Of a stretch of DNA of 64,000 bases, positions 1 to 13,932 are shown one piece after another (the stretch's first letter is position 1; each line of letters starts with the position of its first letter). This stretch comes from Octopus vulgaris (taxonomy: Eukaryota). Made by a program: the position numbers and the translations under genes. Location: positions 53,692,001-53,756,000 of the forward strand of contig OX597825.1 of assembly GCA_951406725.2 (NCBI GenBank), given 5' to 3'. The notes under the pieces were generated by a model. The model saw only the letters and a program-made list of their open reading frames with translations, did not search any database and was not told the origin of the DNA.

Positions 1-745
1 ATATTATTATTATTACTATTCAGGTCGCTGCCTGGAATCGAACTAGGAATCTTAGGGTTAGTAGCCCACGCTCTTAACCACTTCACCATATGCCCGTGGG
101 CAATTTTTGAGTGAATCTTAATATTTTCCTATCCTTCCTTAATACCGGTTCCCATATGCTATTCGTATTTGCACTCGATCTGCATAGGAGGTTGTTGTGT
201 CCTAGTATATATGCTGCTTGTTTTAGTTTTCGTATTTCCAGTGGTGTTCTCTGTCTATTATTTTAACTTCATCCCAAAGGAGGAGGAGGTCTCCATTTTT
301 CCATATATGATCACTACCCCCCCCCCCTGTTAGATGAAGTTAAAATAATAGACACAGACCACCAGTGGAAATACGAAAACAAAAAGAAGCAGCCCATATA
401 CTAGGACACAACAACCACCTAAGCAGACTGAGTGCAGTTACGAATAGCATATGGGAACCAGTATTAAGGAAGGATAGGAAAATATTAGATTTATAAGCGC
501 TAAGATTCACTTCACAATTGCCCATGGGAATATGGTGTGGTGGTTAAGAGCGCGGGCTACTAACCCTAAGATTCCGAGTTCGATTCTATGCAGTGACCTG
601 CGTAGTAATAATAATAAAAACACCCCCAAAATACCTTATGATGAAGGTTGGAAGGTATATCAGCCGAAACATTGTGTATACAACAAACTAGATGACAAAT
701 ATCCGTCAAATGCACATAATTCATCATCTCTTAAATCTGGAACTA
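1..745 (+). mobile_element. Foldback non-coding repeat: inverted arms 1-273/333-617, each with a tRNA-derived module, followed by a decayed hammerhead-like motif
   Basis: Arms are imperfect reverse complements (TGTCTATTATTTTAACTTCATC 252-273 vs GATGAAGTTAAAATAATAGACA 333-354). tRNA-like A/B boxes at 526-600(+) and 21-95(-). ATGATGA-A-GGTTG..CAGCC-GAAAC at 638-670. The left arm may extend beyond the window. Confidence 0.7.
526..600 (+). pseudogene. tRNA-derived sequence (SINE-head-like), not a functional tRNA
   Basis: TGGTGTGGTGGTTAAGAGC (A box), GGG-CTACTAA-CCC anticodon-like arm, GAGTTCGATTC (B box). Stems pair poorly. Mirror copy at 21-95(-). Confidence 0.6.
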
Positions 746-1249
746 TTATTTATTTATATAAAATAAAGTTAAAATGAATTTTTTTCTTTTCGTTTATTAT
801 TAGGCATAATCACTTCGTCGTAGAGGAAATAGCTTTTATCGTGTGTTGACTTACATTCTTTCCCTGACGGTATATCTAACATAAACGGTGCAAAATATGT
901 GTCAAAGTGATGGAAACATATTGGAATTCTCAGTTGATCAAGCTAACACCAACTAGTGTTTAAAAGGTCGTATTCATTTCGCACAGAGTTACAATATCAC
1001 AGCGATATATACAAGGCCGTCGTGTACTTCAGTGATGTGATCAATGAGCAGAATGTAGTGACAGAAACATGAGATAAAATGTATGACTTCTAGACTTCTA
1101 TAAAGGTGAAGTGACCCACAAAAACCAGTGATTCTTAAACAGTTGGCCGAATCCCTTTCATAATTCTCTAAGAACCATACTGTCGAAGACCTATACTATT
1201 TCTGTGAATTTTTCGATTTCAATAACCAAGCTTGAATTTACAAACACAT

Positions 1250-1294
<45 letters not shown>

Positions 1295-1680
1295 CATAGA
1301 AATAGAAACCGAGTTACAGAAAAATCAAAAGGATTTAATCATAGTTTATTTTTAGAAAAAAAACTCGATAAATGACGTATATAAGTTATCTACAAATACT
1401 TCAAAATATAAATTATTATATTTAGTCTTTTAGATTATGAATCATTTGATTTTAGTCAAAGTTTCATAACCAGAAATAGCACGAAACAAAACAATACATA
1501 CCATTCTTTTTCATATATTTCCTGTTCTAAACTCGACAACTCCAATATAACAACTAGTAAAACGTCGGCGTGAAGCGTTGCAACACATCACTTTCATATA
1601 GCAATGAACGTAGAATTTCTTCAACGTTATTTTATATTGAGAAAATTTTCCTATTCCACCAGGAAATGCAATATTATATA

Positions 1681-1880
1681 CGGCGAGCAGGCAAAATCGT
1701 TAACACGTCAGACAAAATGCTTCGCGGTTTTCGTCCGTTTTTACGTTCTAATTTAAAATTGCGCAGAGGTCGAGTTCGCATTTCATCATTTTGAGGTGGA
1801 TAAAATAAGTACCAGTGAAACTTTGGGGGTCGACGTAATCAACTTTTCCGCGACCCGTAAAAATTCTAGTGAATATGCTT
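1681..1880 (+). mobile_element. SINE family B, degenerate copy
   Basis: GGCGAGCAGGCAAAATCGTTAACACG...GAGGTCGA...GATAAAATAAGTACCAG...GGGGTCGA matches the copies at 17531-17760 and 53443-53662. Confidence 0.65.
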
Positions 1881-2234
1881 AGTGAAGATTCTAAAATATG
1901 CGGCGTTTGGGGGTTGTATAAAATGTTCAACTATTGATTAGGTCATTAAATGGTATATGCATTTAAATTGCAAAGGAGACCAGTTTCAAAAATGCATTTG
2001 GCAATATCTAATCTTGTGAATATTTGACGAACGGAATGAATACATTTTTACAAAGTTTGTTTGTAACATCAAGATGTAACAAACAAACTTTGTAAAAGAA
2101 ATACCTAATATTAAACCCTTGAAATAATTAACATGATTCTTTTTTCTAGAAAGATACACGAATGGTACAGAGCATGAGCTGCCAGTCACAAATTTAAATG
2201 TAGGCATTTCTACATATGTGGCTTTCTGTGTATG

Positions 2235-2275
<41 letters not shown>

Positions 2276-2404
2276 GTACATATACATACATATGCATGTG
2301 TGTATGTGTATGTATGTGAATATGCATGTGTGGGTATGCATGTATATATATATATGTATGTGTATATGCATGTGTTTATGAGTGTGTATGCATATATATA
2401 TATA

Positions 2405-3626
2405 TAAAGGTAGTTTCACATGAAATGTCGTATTTCAAAGCTAACAATAAAATGTTTCAGAAATGTTAGAGAACTGATTTATTTAATAGCAGTATGACCC
2501 ATGTTCCTTTACGATGTTTACCCAACGTTTTGTCTAAGTCATATATTCCATCTTTAAAAGAAAATTCATCTTTTGCTGTGGTAAACGCTGTGAATTCTTC
2601 AATTACCTCTCCTCTATTTAAGAATGTTTTATTGCTTATGAAAAGCTCAAAATGCTTAAATAAGTAATGATCAGTAGGAGAAATAAGGGAATATGAAGGG
2701 TGTTGTAAAATCTCATAATCCAAACTTTGCAACATTTGGACTATAACTTCAGGAGTGTTAGGATTGTCATTGTCGTGGAGCGAAAGTAGGTCATCTTTAT
2801 TCACTAATCCGGTTTGCTTTTTTTCTTTTTCAAATTCCCATGAATACAATCAATTTCCTGATAAACAGATGTGCTGTTACCGTTTTTCCTTGTTGCAAAA
2901 ATGAAGACTGAATAATTCCCTCCGCGGACTACCATACAGTGACTACTAATATTTTAGGGTGCAATGGTGGGTTTAGGTAGTAATTAGTTGACTCTCGTGC
3001 ATCTAATCACTGTCCTATTCTCCTGTTGTTTTCAAAGCGTAACCATTTCCAATCGTAAGTAATGATTTGATGCAATAAGTGGCACACATCGAGGCGTCTG
3101 TTTTTATTTAATCTCGTTTAGTTAATGTGGAACAAACCTGCCTGTTTTCTTCACTTTTCCAATTTTTTTAAAGGTATCCAAGAACAGTTGTGCGAGATGT
3201 TTGTAGTTCTGATGAAAGCTTTCGAATTCTCGGATTTCGTTCAACCAAAACATTTAATCCATCATGCCGAACAACTGATTTTGGCCTACCCCTTGGTTTA
3301 ATTTCAAGGCTCTCATCTCTTGAATGAGAGCTTTGGAATCATCTGTGAACAATGCTGATGTCAACAAAACCATTACCAAAGTTCCACTTGGTATTCCGGA
3401 GAGCTTCTGAGGTCGAATGACCCAGTTTGTACTCATACGAGAAAATCACTCAATATAGTTTGGTTGCTATCATTTTCAAAAGGATGCGGTTACGAATTTT
3501 GTATACCAATATTGCAGGGGAAAACAAAGAGACAATATTAAATGAAAGCTATAAATAATTCAGTTTTTAAATTACTAAAATAACAAGTAATTAAAAATGC
3601 CACATTTCGTCTGAAACAACCGAATA
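2405..3626 (-). mobile_element. Full-length degenerate mariner (Tc1/mariner) transposon with TIRs; transposase pseudogene
   Basis: ORF 2466-2849 contains LHDN...LQHPSYSLISPTDHYLFKH (degenerate HDNA / YSPDLAP-D motifs). WV-like motif near 3130. TIRs: TAAAGGTAGTTTCACATGAAATGTCGTATTT (2405) vs reverse complement of AAATGCCACATTTCGTCTGAAACAACCGAATA (~3595-3626). About 1.2 kb. Confidence 0.85.
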
Positions 3627-3630
3627 TATA

Positions 3631-4046
3631 CTCTTTACTCTTTTACTCTTTTACTTGTTTCAGTCATTTGACTGCGGCCATGCTGGAGCACCGCGTTTAG
3701 TGGAGCAAATCGACACCGGGACTTATTCTTTGTAAGCCCAGTACTTATTCTATCGGTCTCTTTTGCCGAACCGCTAAGTAACGGGGACGTAAAGACACCA
3801 GCATCGGTTGTCAAGCAATGCTAGGGGGACAAACACAGACACACAAACATATACACACACACTTAATTATATATACATATATACGACAGGCTTCTTTCAG
3901 TTTCCGTCTACCAAATCCACTCACAAGGCTTTGGTCGGCCCGGGGCTATAGCAGAAGACACTTGCCCAAGATGCCACGCAGTGGGACTGAACCCGGAACC
4001 ATGTGGTTGGTTAGCAAGCTACTTACCACACAGCCACTCCTGCGCC
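3631..4046 (-). mobile_element. SINE family A (tRNA-derived head, internal microsatellite, LINE-derived tail), full length
   Basis: Near-identical to 16736-17144: head GGCGCAGGAGTGGCTGTGTGGTAAG..GGGTTCAGTCCC, core CTTGGGCAAGTGTC, tail GCGGTGCTCCAGCATGGCCGCAGTCAAATGACTGAAAC plus (GTAAAAGA)n. Confidence 0.9.
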
Positions 4047-4080
4047 TATATGTGTATGTATATATATGTATGCATGTATG

Positions 4081-4182
<102 letters not shown>

Positions 4183-4868
4183 TATGGATGTGTATGAATG
4201 TATATATATGTGTATGTCCATTCGTACATTCGTACGTACGTATCGATATATATATATGTATATACATGCATATATATATATATATATATGCTTGTATGTA
4301 CATACTTATGTACGTATGTATATATGTACGTATAGTTTTATAAAAGGTTATACGTATAGTTTATAAACCCAAGTGTGCTCTGCAAGAGAAGAAAAATTTG
4401 TTAGCAACTACCATGATTCAGGTCATTCTTTTCAGTCGTCATGTAATCGCTAACTGATATAACCACTTTATCAGTCCTTCTGCACCTTAAATCCGAGTAC
4501 CTTCGAGAATATGACAGCTGGAGAGAGAGGGGGGGGGAGACAGAGAAAAGAACAGAGATGGAGGTGTGAATGAAAAGAAGGATGTGTGAGAGCGGAGGAA
4601 AAGGTGAAAGATTTGCATTGCATCAGTTCTAAGCTAGTACTTACTTTGAACTAAGTAAACGTGAGCCACATGAAGAATGCACCATGGCCAAAGGATCAAG
4701 GTATCCCTACTCCAGCAATGGAACTCACCAGTTTATGATGAGCAGCACAACATCGCAGATATTAGACAACATGATTCTTGATATGTGCACGTGTTTTCAC
4801 AAATGAATATTTAAAAAAAACGTTTATGTACATTTAATTGCATTATCTCTCTCTCTCTCTTTCTCTGA

Positions 4869-4926
<58 letters not shown>

Positions 4927-4974
4927 TTATATGTGTTTGTGTAATTTTGTGTATACATACATGCGTGTGTGTCT

Positions 4975-5045
<71 letters not shown>

Positions 5046-6727
5046 AATATACATACACACTCATACAGAAATACATAAGAAATTTAATCTAATTATATAT
5101 GTGTTATATGTTCTTTGCGCCTGGCCTTCGTCTAGAAATTTTCTTGTTAAATATACAAAGTTGATGTCATTGAAATTACAGCCATCATCTGTTTGTATGT
5201 CGAATCTGCTTCATTTGATTTATGCTTCCATTTTCTCACAGTTCGCCATTACAGAAGATTAGATGTAATTACAATTTGTTGTTGTTGTTGTTGTTGTTGT
5301 TGACGTTATCAGGTTGACATCAGAGTGTAAAATTATTTTTAGTAGTTGCTGGTATCGCCTTGTTGTATTTCCTTTGTTTAGTCATTTTCATTTCTTTTTT
5401 AATTTCTTGTTAAATTGTTTTTTGTTTTGTTTTCACCACGCATATTACATTGATGTACAAGATAACAGTCTCGTTATTTCAGACGTTGACTAAAAATTGA
5501 AATTACTATATCAACAACAAAAAATATCACCAACAACTAACATCAATATGACCAACGAAATAAACAGAGGTCAACTGACTTTTAAATCCATATTGTTATC
5601 AGCTTATCCCAAGTGTTATTTAGCTTGGACTAGGTTTAATTAGTTTGTCGTTAATGAAAGGAAAACAAAAGGACAACAAATATATAACGGTTACAACTAA
5701 TATAAGAACACACACATGGACACATATATGATCCGAAAGACTGATCCAGACGTTTGATTTCGCTAATGCCTACAGAAATAGTTAATTTCAGTTCTGATAA
5801 GTCTTTTGATGTTTTATCTTAACCGATTTTCATTCTTCAAAGTATTCTGTAAACTATTTGTTTTCTTTGAAAACAACACAAAACCTATAAATCATAAACT
5901 AGTTTGGTGAAAGAATAAATCAATGAATTGATTGGCAAAGAAAACAGACGTTGTTTATACTCGTTTTTCTAAGGCGTTAATCTAGAGAAAGATGGATATC
6001 TACCTGGTTAGATTGCCATTTTCAGGGTACTTAAAGTAAATTCCTTCAAACGCTTTGCAGCCTAAATGTGAAATAGGTAAGATGGTTGACGCTTAGACTG
6101 GCGTCAAAATACACACAAAATCTCGAGTAGGTGCATTTCACTTTAGGGTAGAATTTGCAGCTGATGTTTTAGAAACTTACTCCGAAAATTTCGCATACAC
6201 GCACACGCGTATACATTGCATAAGTGTACGTGAGAGAGAGAGAAATACAAAGTTAGTTAGTGTGTGCGTGTGTATGTTTGTGTGTGTTTGTGCGTCTGAA
6301 TGTGTATATAACACGTTGTTTATTTTGAGAATTATGTGAAAAATGTAATTGTAATTTATGACATCAATGCATTCTTTTTATAGAAGAAATAATTGGCACC
6401 CACTTGTTTCTATTGATATGAATTCTCCCTACCTAATTCGAAATAAGAATAAAAACATACATCGTCAAAACCTCCTAAAGCCTTATACCGTTTCATGTAT
6501 CTATCCATCTACCTACACATGCATGTGTGTATGCGTGTGTTAATGCAAAGAGGCAGCAATCAAAGTATTTGCAATAAATGAACAATATGTTTCCTTTTAG
6601 ACAAAAGCAGTTTGAGTTTATCCACACTTCCGGCTCAGTTATGGGATATGTAAATCAATGAGAAGAATTAACCGTCACCTCTAAAGAATTAAATGAAATT
6701 GGAATTATATATATATATAAAGATATA

Positions 6728-6900
6728 GGAGAAGGCGTGGCTCTGTGGAAAGAAGTTTACGTCCCAACCACATGGTTTCCAGTTCAGTCCCTCTATGTGG
6801 CACTTTGTGCAAGTGTCTTCTACTATAACCTCGGGACTACCAAGGCCTTGTGAGTGGATTAGGTAGATGGAAACTGAAAGAAGTCTGTTATATATATATT

Positions 6901-6946
<46 letters not shown>

Positions 6947-7124
6947 TGTGTTTGTTTCCCCAGCAACGCTTGACAAACGATGTTGGTCTGTTCACGTCCC
7001 CGCCCGAAACTTAGCGGTTCGGCAAAAAGAATAGGTTCTGGAGTCTCTTCCACTGAAACCTTATAAGGTGGTACTCCAGCTTGGCCGCAGTCAAATGACT
7101 GTAGCAAGTGAAAGAATATAAGAA
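6728..7124 (+). mobile_element. SINE family A, older copy
   Basis: Same head, core and tail as 16736-17144, with internal (TG)n(AG)n. Confidence 0.8.
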
Positions 7125-8003
7125 CCTGGGGTGGTAGAAAGTTAGGGTATTTCCAATGCAGCTCTAGGCTATCCACAAAGCCTGACTCCAGGTTGATATC
7201 GAAATTATTCAGGTGTAAAAAATCCAGTTTACACAAAGATGAAACATTTGTGTGGGTTTAGTGAAGAGTAAAATATAATACAAATAGAAAGACAACGGAA
7301 AACTTTTAACATATGTTCAATGATTAGTTACAATTGTTCCTGTGCCAGCTCTACTTTCAACGCCAGTTCATACAAAACTTCCAAGTGAAAATTTACGTAA
7401 TATTTGCGGTTTTAAACATTAGTGGGCATTTCTGCAGATTTGCCGCAAAATGCGATCGTATATTGTGCGTCTTCCATACTTTGAGTTTTGCTTATATCAG
7501 CAGGAACCAAAAAGTAAAGAATGGTGGAAATGTAAATAGACTGTGGTAAGAAGGGCCAAGAAAGTAAAATGTCAATGCAAAGGTAGATAACGGTATGAGC
7601 GATGAAGAAGCGGTAGAATAGACGGCAGAAAATAAGAAGGAAGATGGGAAAAAAGAAAAAAAATAAGGAGGAGGAAAAATAGAAAGAGGACAACTAATAC
7701 GAGAAGATTTAAAAGAAGAGGTCGAAAGAGAAAGAAGGAGAAGAAGAATAGTTGGAAGGAAAGAGAAGAGTGATACCACGATCACCAGAATCAAATTACA
7801 ATGGACAAGTGAAAAGTAATTTTGGCGAAGAACCATAAATATCTAGCGATAAAGCAAAGAAAATAAAGATAGTAAAAACAATAACAATGACCGCAACAGT
7901 AACAATTATGAGAAGAAAATAATAAGAAAATAACATTAACAATACTACTATTACTATTAATAATAGTAAGGCCGATAGTAATTGTAATGTTAAAAATAAT
8001 AAT

Positions 8004-8190
8004 GCTTTTATATTTTGACACAGAGGCCGCAGTTTTGGGGGAGAGGCGAAATCGAATAGATCGACCCCAGTATTTTACACGTACTTAATTTATTGACCCC
8101 AAGAGGATGAAAGGCAAAGTCGATCTCGGCGAATTTTGAACTCAGCATTTCGTCCAGTGTGCTACTGATTTTGTCAGCTCGCCACCTTAA
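8004..8190 (-). mobile_element. SINE family B
   Basis: Reverse complement contains GGCGAGCTGACAAAATC..GACTTTGCCTTTCATCCTCTTGGGGTCAATAAATTAAGTAC..TGGGGTCGATC. Confidence 0.75.
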
Positions 8191-8271
8191 CAACAACAAC
8201 AATAATAATAATAACATTTTCTTTATTGGCTACAAGAGCCGAACTCAAAAATAACAAGAATGATATGAAAG

Positions 8272-8661
<390 letters not shown>

Positions 8662-8665
<4 letters not shown>

Positions 8666-9195
8666 TAGGAATTGTTTCTGTTTTCAGATTCCACATTCTA
8701 GTTACCTCTATTTCAGGTCTTTGTATTTTGAGAGTTTCTCCATTTCTTTTAGAGACACGTTGTCATCAGCCGGTATTGATACATCAATTAGAAAGCATTT
8801 TTTTGATGTATCAATACTTGCTGATGACAACGTGTCTCTAAAAGAAATGGAGAAACTCTCAAAATACAAAGACCTGGAAATAGAGGTAACTAGAATGTGG
8901 AATCTGAAAACAGAAACAATTCCTATCATAGTAGGTGCATTAAGCATGATAAAAAAAATATTCAGACAAATACATAACAAAAACACCAGGACTTACAAAC
9001 ACATATAACATACAGAAAATTGCACTACTAGGCACTGCACACATCCTACGCAGAACACTTTCCATACAATAACCATCAGAGCATCACAACAAATTACAGC
9101 ACATACCCAAGGCACACAGAGCTGCGCTCGGTAGTGAAGTGAAAGCACGCTATAAAAATAAAACTACTGAATAATAATAATAATAATAATAATAG
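8662..9195 (+). mobile_element. 5'-truncated R4/Dong-like non-LTR retrotransposon (restriction-like endonuclease C-terminus) with inverted 5' duplication, inserted in (AAT)n
   Basis: Translation (KKCFLI)DVSIPADDNVSLKEMEKLSKYKDLEIEVTRMWNLKTETIPIIVGAL is the PD-(D/E)xK RLE end with K..KY..L. Ends in an (AAT)n tail. 8662-8787 is the reverse complement of 8803-8929. Confidence 0.85.
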
Positions 9196-10397
9196 TACTC
9201 GCGACAGACACTACAGAAGAGGCAGCTGGAACACGAACAACATTGAAGATGATGGCGATTAAAGGAAAGATAGCGCGGTGGGTTGTATGTAAAGTACGGC
9301 GGAAATAGTTTATTAACGACCTGTGTAAAGTAGGAGGGATGGTAATAAAGCTATTCAGAACTACTCCTGGTGACCCAAGAATCAAACATGACAAGGCATA
9401 AAGGAAAGCGTTTAATAGAGGCGGGTGGGCTACAAGGAGTTATAGTAAAACCATAAGTTAGTGGAAGGATCTAAAGTATTGTATAAAGCTATTTGATATG
9501 AGAGTGTTGAACGAAAATAGCATAGCCTTGATAATGACATAGTAAAATTTGAATTCAAATAGGCCCAGGAACACTAGTAAAGGGCCAAGCGAGAGGAAGA
9601 GAAATTAAAAGTAAAGATTAAATACTTTAAAATGGCTTGTAATCACTGTAAAGAAAACTGTAGAATGACGATTATGTCTGAGAAATAGAGTGTAAGGGCT
9701 TAATACATAGCTATTTGATTACAGAGTAGATATTAGATTTTTCTGCGTTAGAGAGTACCAAAAGGAGTACCATAATTCAGGATGAAAATACGGTAAAATG
9801 AAATAAATACAAAAGTATAGAGCGCGGCCAGATTTATATGGAGCTATATATCTCCGATTGATCTTGGGAAAATTAAGTTATAGTTTAGCCCAGAAATAAA
9901 CACAAAGACCCCCAAGGGAGAGTATACACGCACTGAAACGAAAACACTCTTACAGAGAAAAACCTGTGAAAAACAGCTCTCAAATAAACAAATAGTAATA
10001 AATAAGAAATGAAACAATGGGTGAAAGAGATGTAGTGAAAAGTAGACAAGTTGTAGTGATCGATGCTAGGGTTTGGTGTCGAGGTACTAGTGATGAAAGT
10101 ACGCAAGTATTTAAATTAAAGGGATAAAAAGTAGAATTTAAAAAATTCACAACATATGAAGTTAGGTTTTATTAATTGAAAAATAAAAAGTGATAATTAA
10201 GAATTGGGAAAATAATATATTAGTGATGCAATCATATGCTAATTGTTTAAAAAGGCATGATAATAAACGGCAACAAATATAAAATGAAAGTATGAAATAT
10301 AAAATATGAAATATAAGGAAATAATTAATGATAAATATGTGTACACGAACAGATACGTACAGACAACTATCCACATATATATGTTTGTGCATTTATA

Positions 10398-10782
10398 TTA
10401 GTTAGTTAGTTAGTTAGTTAATTTGGCTCAAAAGCAAATAGCAAGGCCATGTAGGGGGACATGGAGTTAAGTACAGGGTGGTGTTCATGTAAAGAGTTCA
10501 GGCCACTTGAGGTCCAGGGAGACTTTGAACAAAGCGGTCGTCGGCATCTTCACCATCTCGTCTGGCAGCTTGTTCCACGGATCCGCAACCCGGACGGAGA
10601 AAGCTCCTCTCCTTCGATTGAGATGAAATCGTCGCAGCTAGAGCTTTTCGGAATGACCCCGCAGCCGACGCTCCGGAGCAGGAGTGAAGAACAGCTCTTT
10701 CGAGAGGTTACACTTCCCGCTTATGATGTTGTGGGCGAGAATGAGATCACCACGGCGGCGGCGTTTTTCAAGAGAATAAAGT
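10398..10782 (-). mobile_element. CR1-group LINE 3' fragment
   Basis: LYSLEKRRRRGDLILAHNIISG...RLRGHSEKL...FSVRVADPWNKLP is a typical CR1 ORF2 C-terminus. (CTAA)n tail at 10398-10420. Confidence 0.85.
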
Positions 10783-10910
10783 GAGATATATACATATATA
10801 TATACATATACATCACCTGACGAAACACAACTGGATCTCACTATGCAAACAAACAGTTGTGTTATCAAATCCCTGTATCCTTGAAGAACCACGTTGTGTG
10901 GAAAAAATTT

Positions 10911-11196
10911 TAGTGATTATAAAATAACTGTCGAACCATACTCCTTTTCGTTGACTACAATTTCTTCAATTTATATATATATATATACACACATATATAT
11001 AGTATATTCTCTTAAGAACGTAGTAGAGTACAGTGTAAAAGTTATCTACCTTCTGATTTAACCTGTGCTACCCAGTAGTATATTTATAAGTACTTCCAGG
11101 TTTGCTTTCGGACATCTGTCGAGTGTGAATATATAATTGAAAAAATTGGAGTCAACAAGAAGGATTACGGTTTCGACATTTAGTTTTTAATCACTA
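10911..11196. repeat. ~65-bp inverted repeat pair (10911-10975 / 11131-11196)
   Basis: TAGTGATTATAAAATAACTGTCGAACCATACTCCTTTTCGTTGACTACAATTTCTTCAATT vs reverse complement TAGTGATTAAAAACTAAATGTCGAAACCGTAATCCTTCTTGTTGACTCCAATTTTTTCAATT. Confidence 0.7.
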
Positions 11197-11299
11197 CAAT
11201 TGTTTTAAGTGTTTGGTCAGTGGTGTTGTCTGCGCATTGGTACAGTGACTAAAACTAGGAACTTGAAATAATTATAAATTTATGTTACTACCTATTTTG

Positions 11300-11585
11300 A
11301 ACACTTTCATGTAAATTGTTTAAAAAAAAACCTCTTAACATTTTCTTATCATTGTCAAAGGTTCTATTTTTCACATTTCTTATCATTATCAAAGACTGTA
11401 TAACTGTATTTTAATACAATTATGATAACCATTTTTTAACACATCAAAGCTTATACAAAGGTTTACATGTTACTTTTGATAATCTTTCTTTTAACAAAGA
11501 AAAACCGGTCAAGTCAATAAAAGACATCTGCATTTTTAAACCCTCTTTCCTATATATTTTCACTCGTACCTTGCAACTTTACTTA
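11300..11585 (+). mobile_element. Copy of Penelope-pLTR-like repeat family C (also 22250-23578, 49300-49950)
   Basis: Shares TTTACATGTTACTT..AATCTTT..AAACCGGTCAAG..AATAAA..TGCATTTT.AAACC..CACTCGTACCTTGCAACTTT with 23450-23575. Confidence 0.6.
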
Positions 11586-11626
11586 TATATATATATCTAT
11601 ATATATATATATATACAGAGAGAGAG

Positions 11627-11711
<85 letters not shown>

Positions 11712-13813
11712 AGAAATTATTTTCATTTTTAAAAATGCCCCGGAATCGCAAAACCTGTAGTTTTTTATTTTGTAATTCATTCATTCAAATACCAAACGGG
11801 TTTCGACAATTTTTTGTTTGTTAATGGTAAAAAAGAAACCAAATAAATAAGGGGTGCAGAGGCCTTTAAAATTACGATGAAAAATTCGGTAAGGCACTTT
11901 TAAATGATCAAATGTTCAGTTATTCATTGAAATTTCAGTGAGTATCAAAAGATAAACAGTAAAGTGTGTGTGTGAAACTTTTGAAAAATAAAATGTAACA
12001 TTTATTAATCTTATATCTTATGATTACCAGCCAAAGTAGAATAGTCAATGTATTTTCTCAAATTTCTAGATATAGCAAATAATCTGAAATAAAGCAACTT
12101 TATTGTTTTAAAGAGGTGGGGGAGACTTTTTGAGAGATATACTGCTAGATTCATTTTACCATTCTTTAACATATTTATATTTGGCAAAATGACAGCAGTT
12201 ATGAGAGTTGCAAGCTGCATCAAGTTTGAGTGGTATATAGACAGCAACATGTATAACATATCTTGCATGAATTGAAATTAAAGTGTTATTTCTTTTAACA
12301 GTGGAGAAAAAGAAACAGACGGAATGAGTTTATATTTCCTGAAAAATATAAGTGGTGGACGTGTGAGTAAAAGTACACCTAAAATATTGGGAATTACATT
12401 AATAAAGAATTACTATTTGTTAAGCGTTCTGAATTATCCCCCTGCTCCATATGACTCCTGGTTATGTTGTTATTTACACCAAAATTATTACCTTATACAG
12501 GTTTATGACAATGGTATTATTGATCAATCATCCCATCGATCTTATGTCTTGAACTATTAGTCATTTTTTGGTTCATGGCAAGAGGATGTGATTTAGCAGA
12601 GATTTAGCTGTTGTTTCTTGCAGTTCAAGTGACATCAAAGATGTCTTGCTGTTGATTACGACAGCTGGCTTTATTTATTAATAGCTTCTATGTAGACGAT
12701 AACGCTGCACACTTCCGAAGATAATTACTGAAACACATTATATTTAGAATTAAAACTTATACTAATTAGGCATGATATCTATAGGACAATTATTTAGAAA
12801 ATATATACCATATATAATTTATTCTGTTCCAATATTCTAGTATTAGATATATGTTTTCGATTTATGATGTGATATTAATAAAATTTCATAAAAAGAACCG
12901 TGCTGGCGTAAATCTTGTTTTAGAATATATAATTATGCTTATTACATTGTTGTTATATATATAATGCTTATTAATAAGATTTGATATTTATTAATATTAT
13001 GTTTTAATTACGAATAATTAATGGATTGCTAATGTTTTATATCGTTTTAATTATGTTGTCTTAAAATATTTGTTAAACAGTTATTAAGATATATTTAAAT
13101 AAAAAAGTATTCAAACATTTATTAAACGGTTTGAAACACATGAAACATATTTATAAAATAAAATATTATTTCTTATTTATTGATGGGAAATCTAAGTAAT
13201 ATCTTCCGAAAGTGGACACTTAGAAGATCTTATCTCATAAAGAACTTTAGAATTAAACTGTATTGCTGAACATTCAGAATGTCTTTGCAAATGACACGTG
13301 AAACAAACTCACTGTCGATGTTACATGAGAGCAGTGTCAATGACTTGGTTTAATCTCATTATCTCTGTACACACAGGATTTCCGTCAGACAAACCTGACA
13401 CAGTAACTACAGATATATGTGCAAATTTGGGCAAGACTATCAAGATTGGTAGTTATCAAGCATGGAAGTCTCTGCTCGAAATGCCACTGATGCTAATTCC
13501 AGGATAAGTTGCTGACATAGGCCAATGATATTAAAAAACAGTGCTTTTGTAGCCAGACGGCACAGAGCCAGAACTATATCGCAAAGCATCTTCCTCGGCA
13601 TGCTAAAACTTGTACCAGTCCACAGATATGTTTTGTTGACACTCGAAGACAAAATATACATTTGACACCGGTGGGGTTTGGAATCAGAGAACCGGTAAAG
13701 CGCCGCTGAATATATTTTGATCAATTTACTTCGCTCCCTTTTAGTTCATACGTCATAATTTGTCCGTGTAAAATTGAAACTCTCTTGAGTTTAGGTCGGA
13801 TATAATAAAAAAA

Positions 13814-13814
13814 G

Positions 13815-13913
<99 letters not shown>

Positions 13914-13932
13914 GTAATAATAATAATAATAG
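13814..13932. repeat. (AAT)n(ATT)n microsatellite that switches strand mid-array
   Basis: Array inverts at about 13881, making it self-complementary. Confidence 0.85.

Noticed and set aside
21-95. Possible tRNA gene with ACT anticodon
   Set aside because: Acceptor and anticodon stems pair poorly, and it lies inside a repeat; treated as tRNA-derived.
9200-10150. Purine-rich block, possibly an old LINE
   Set aside because: No convincing motif recovered by eye.
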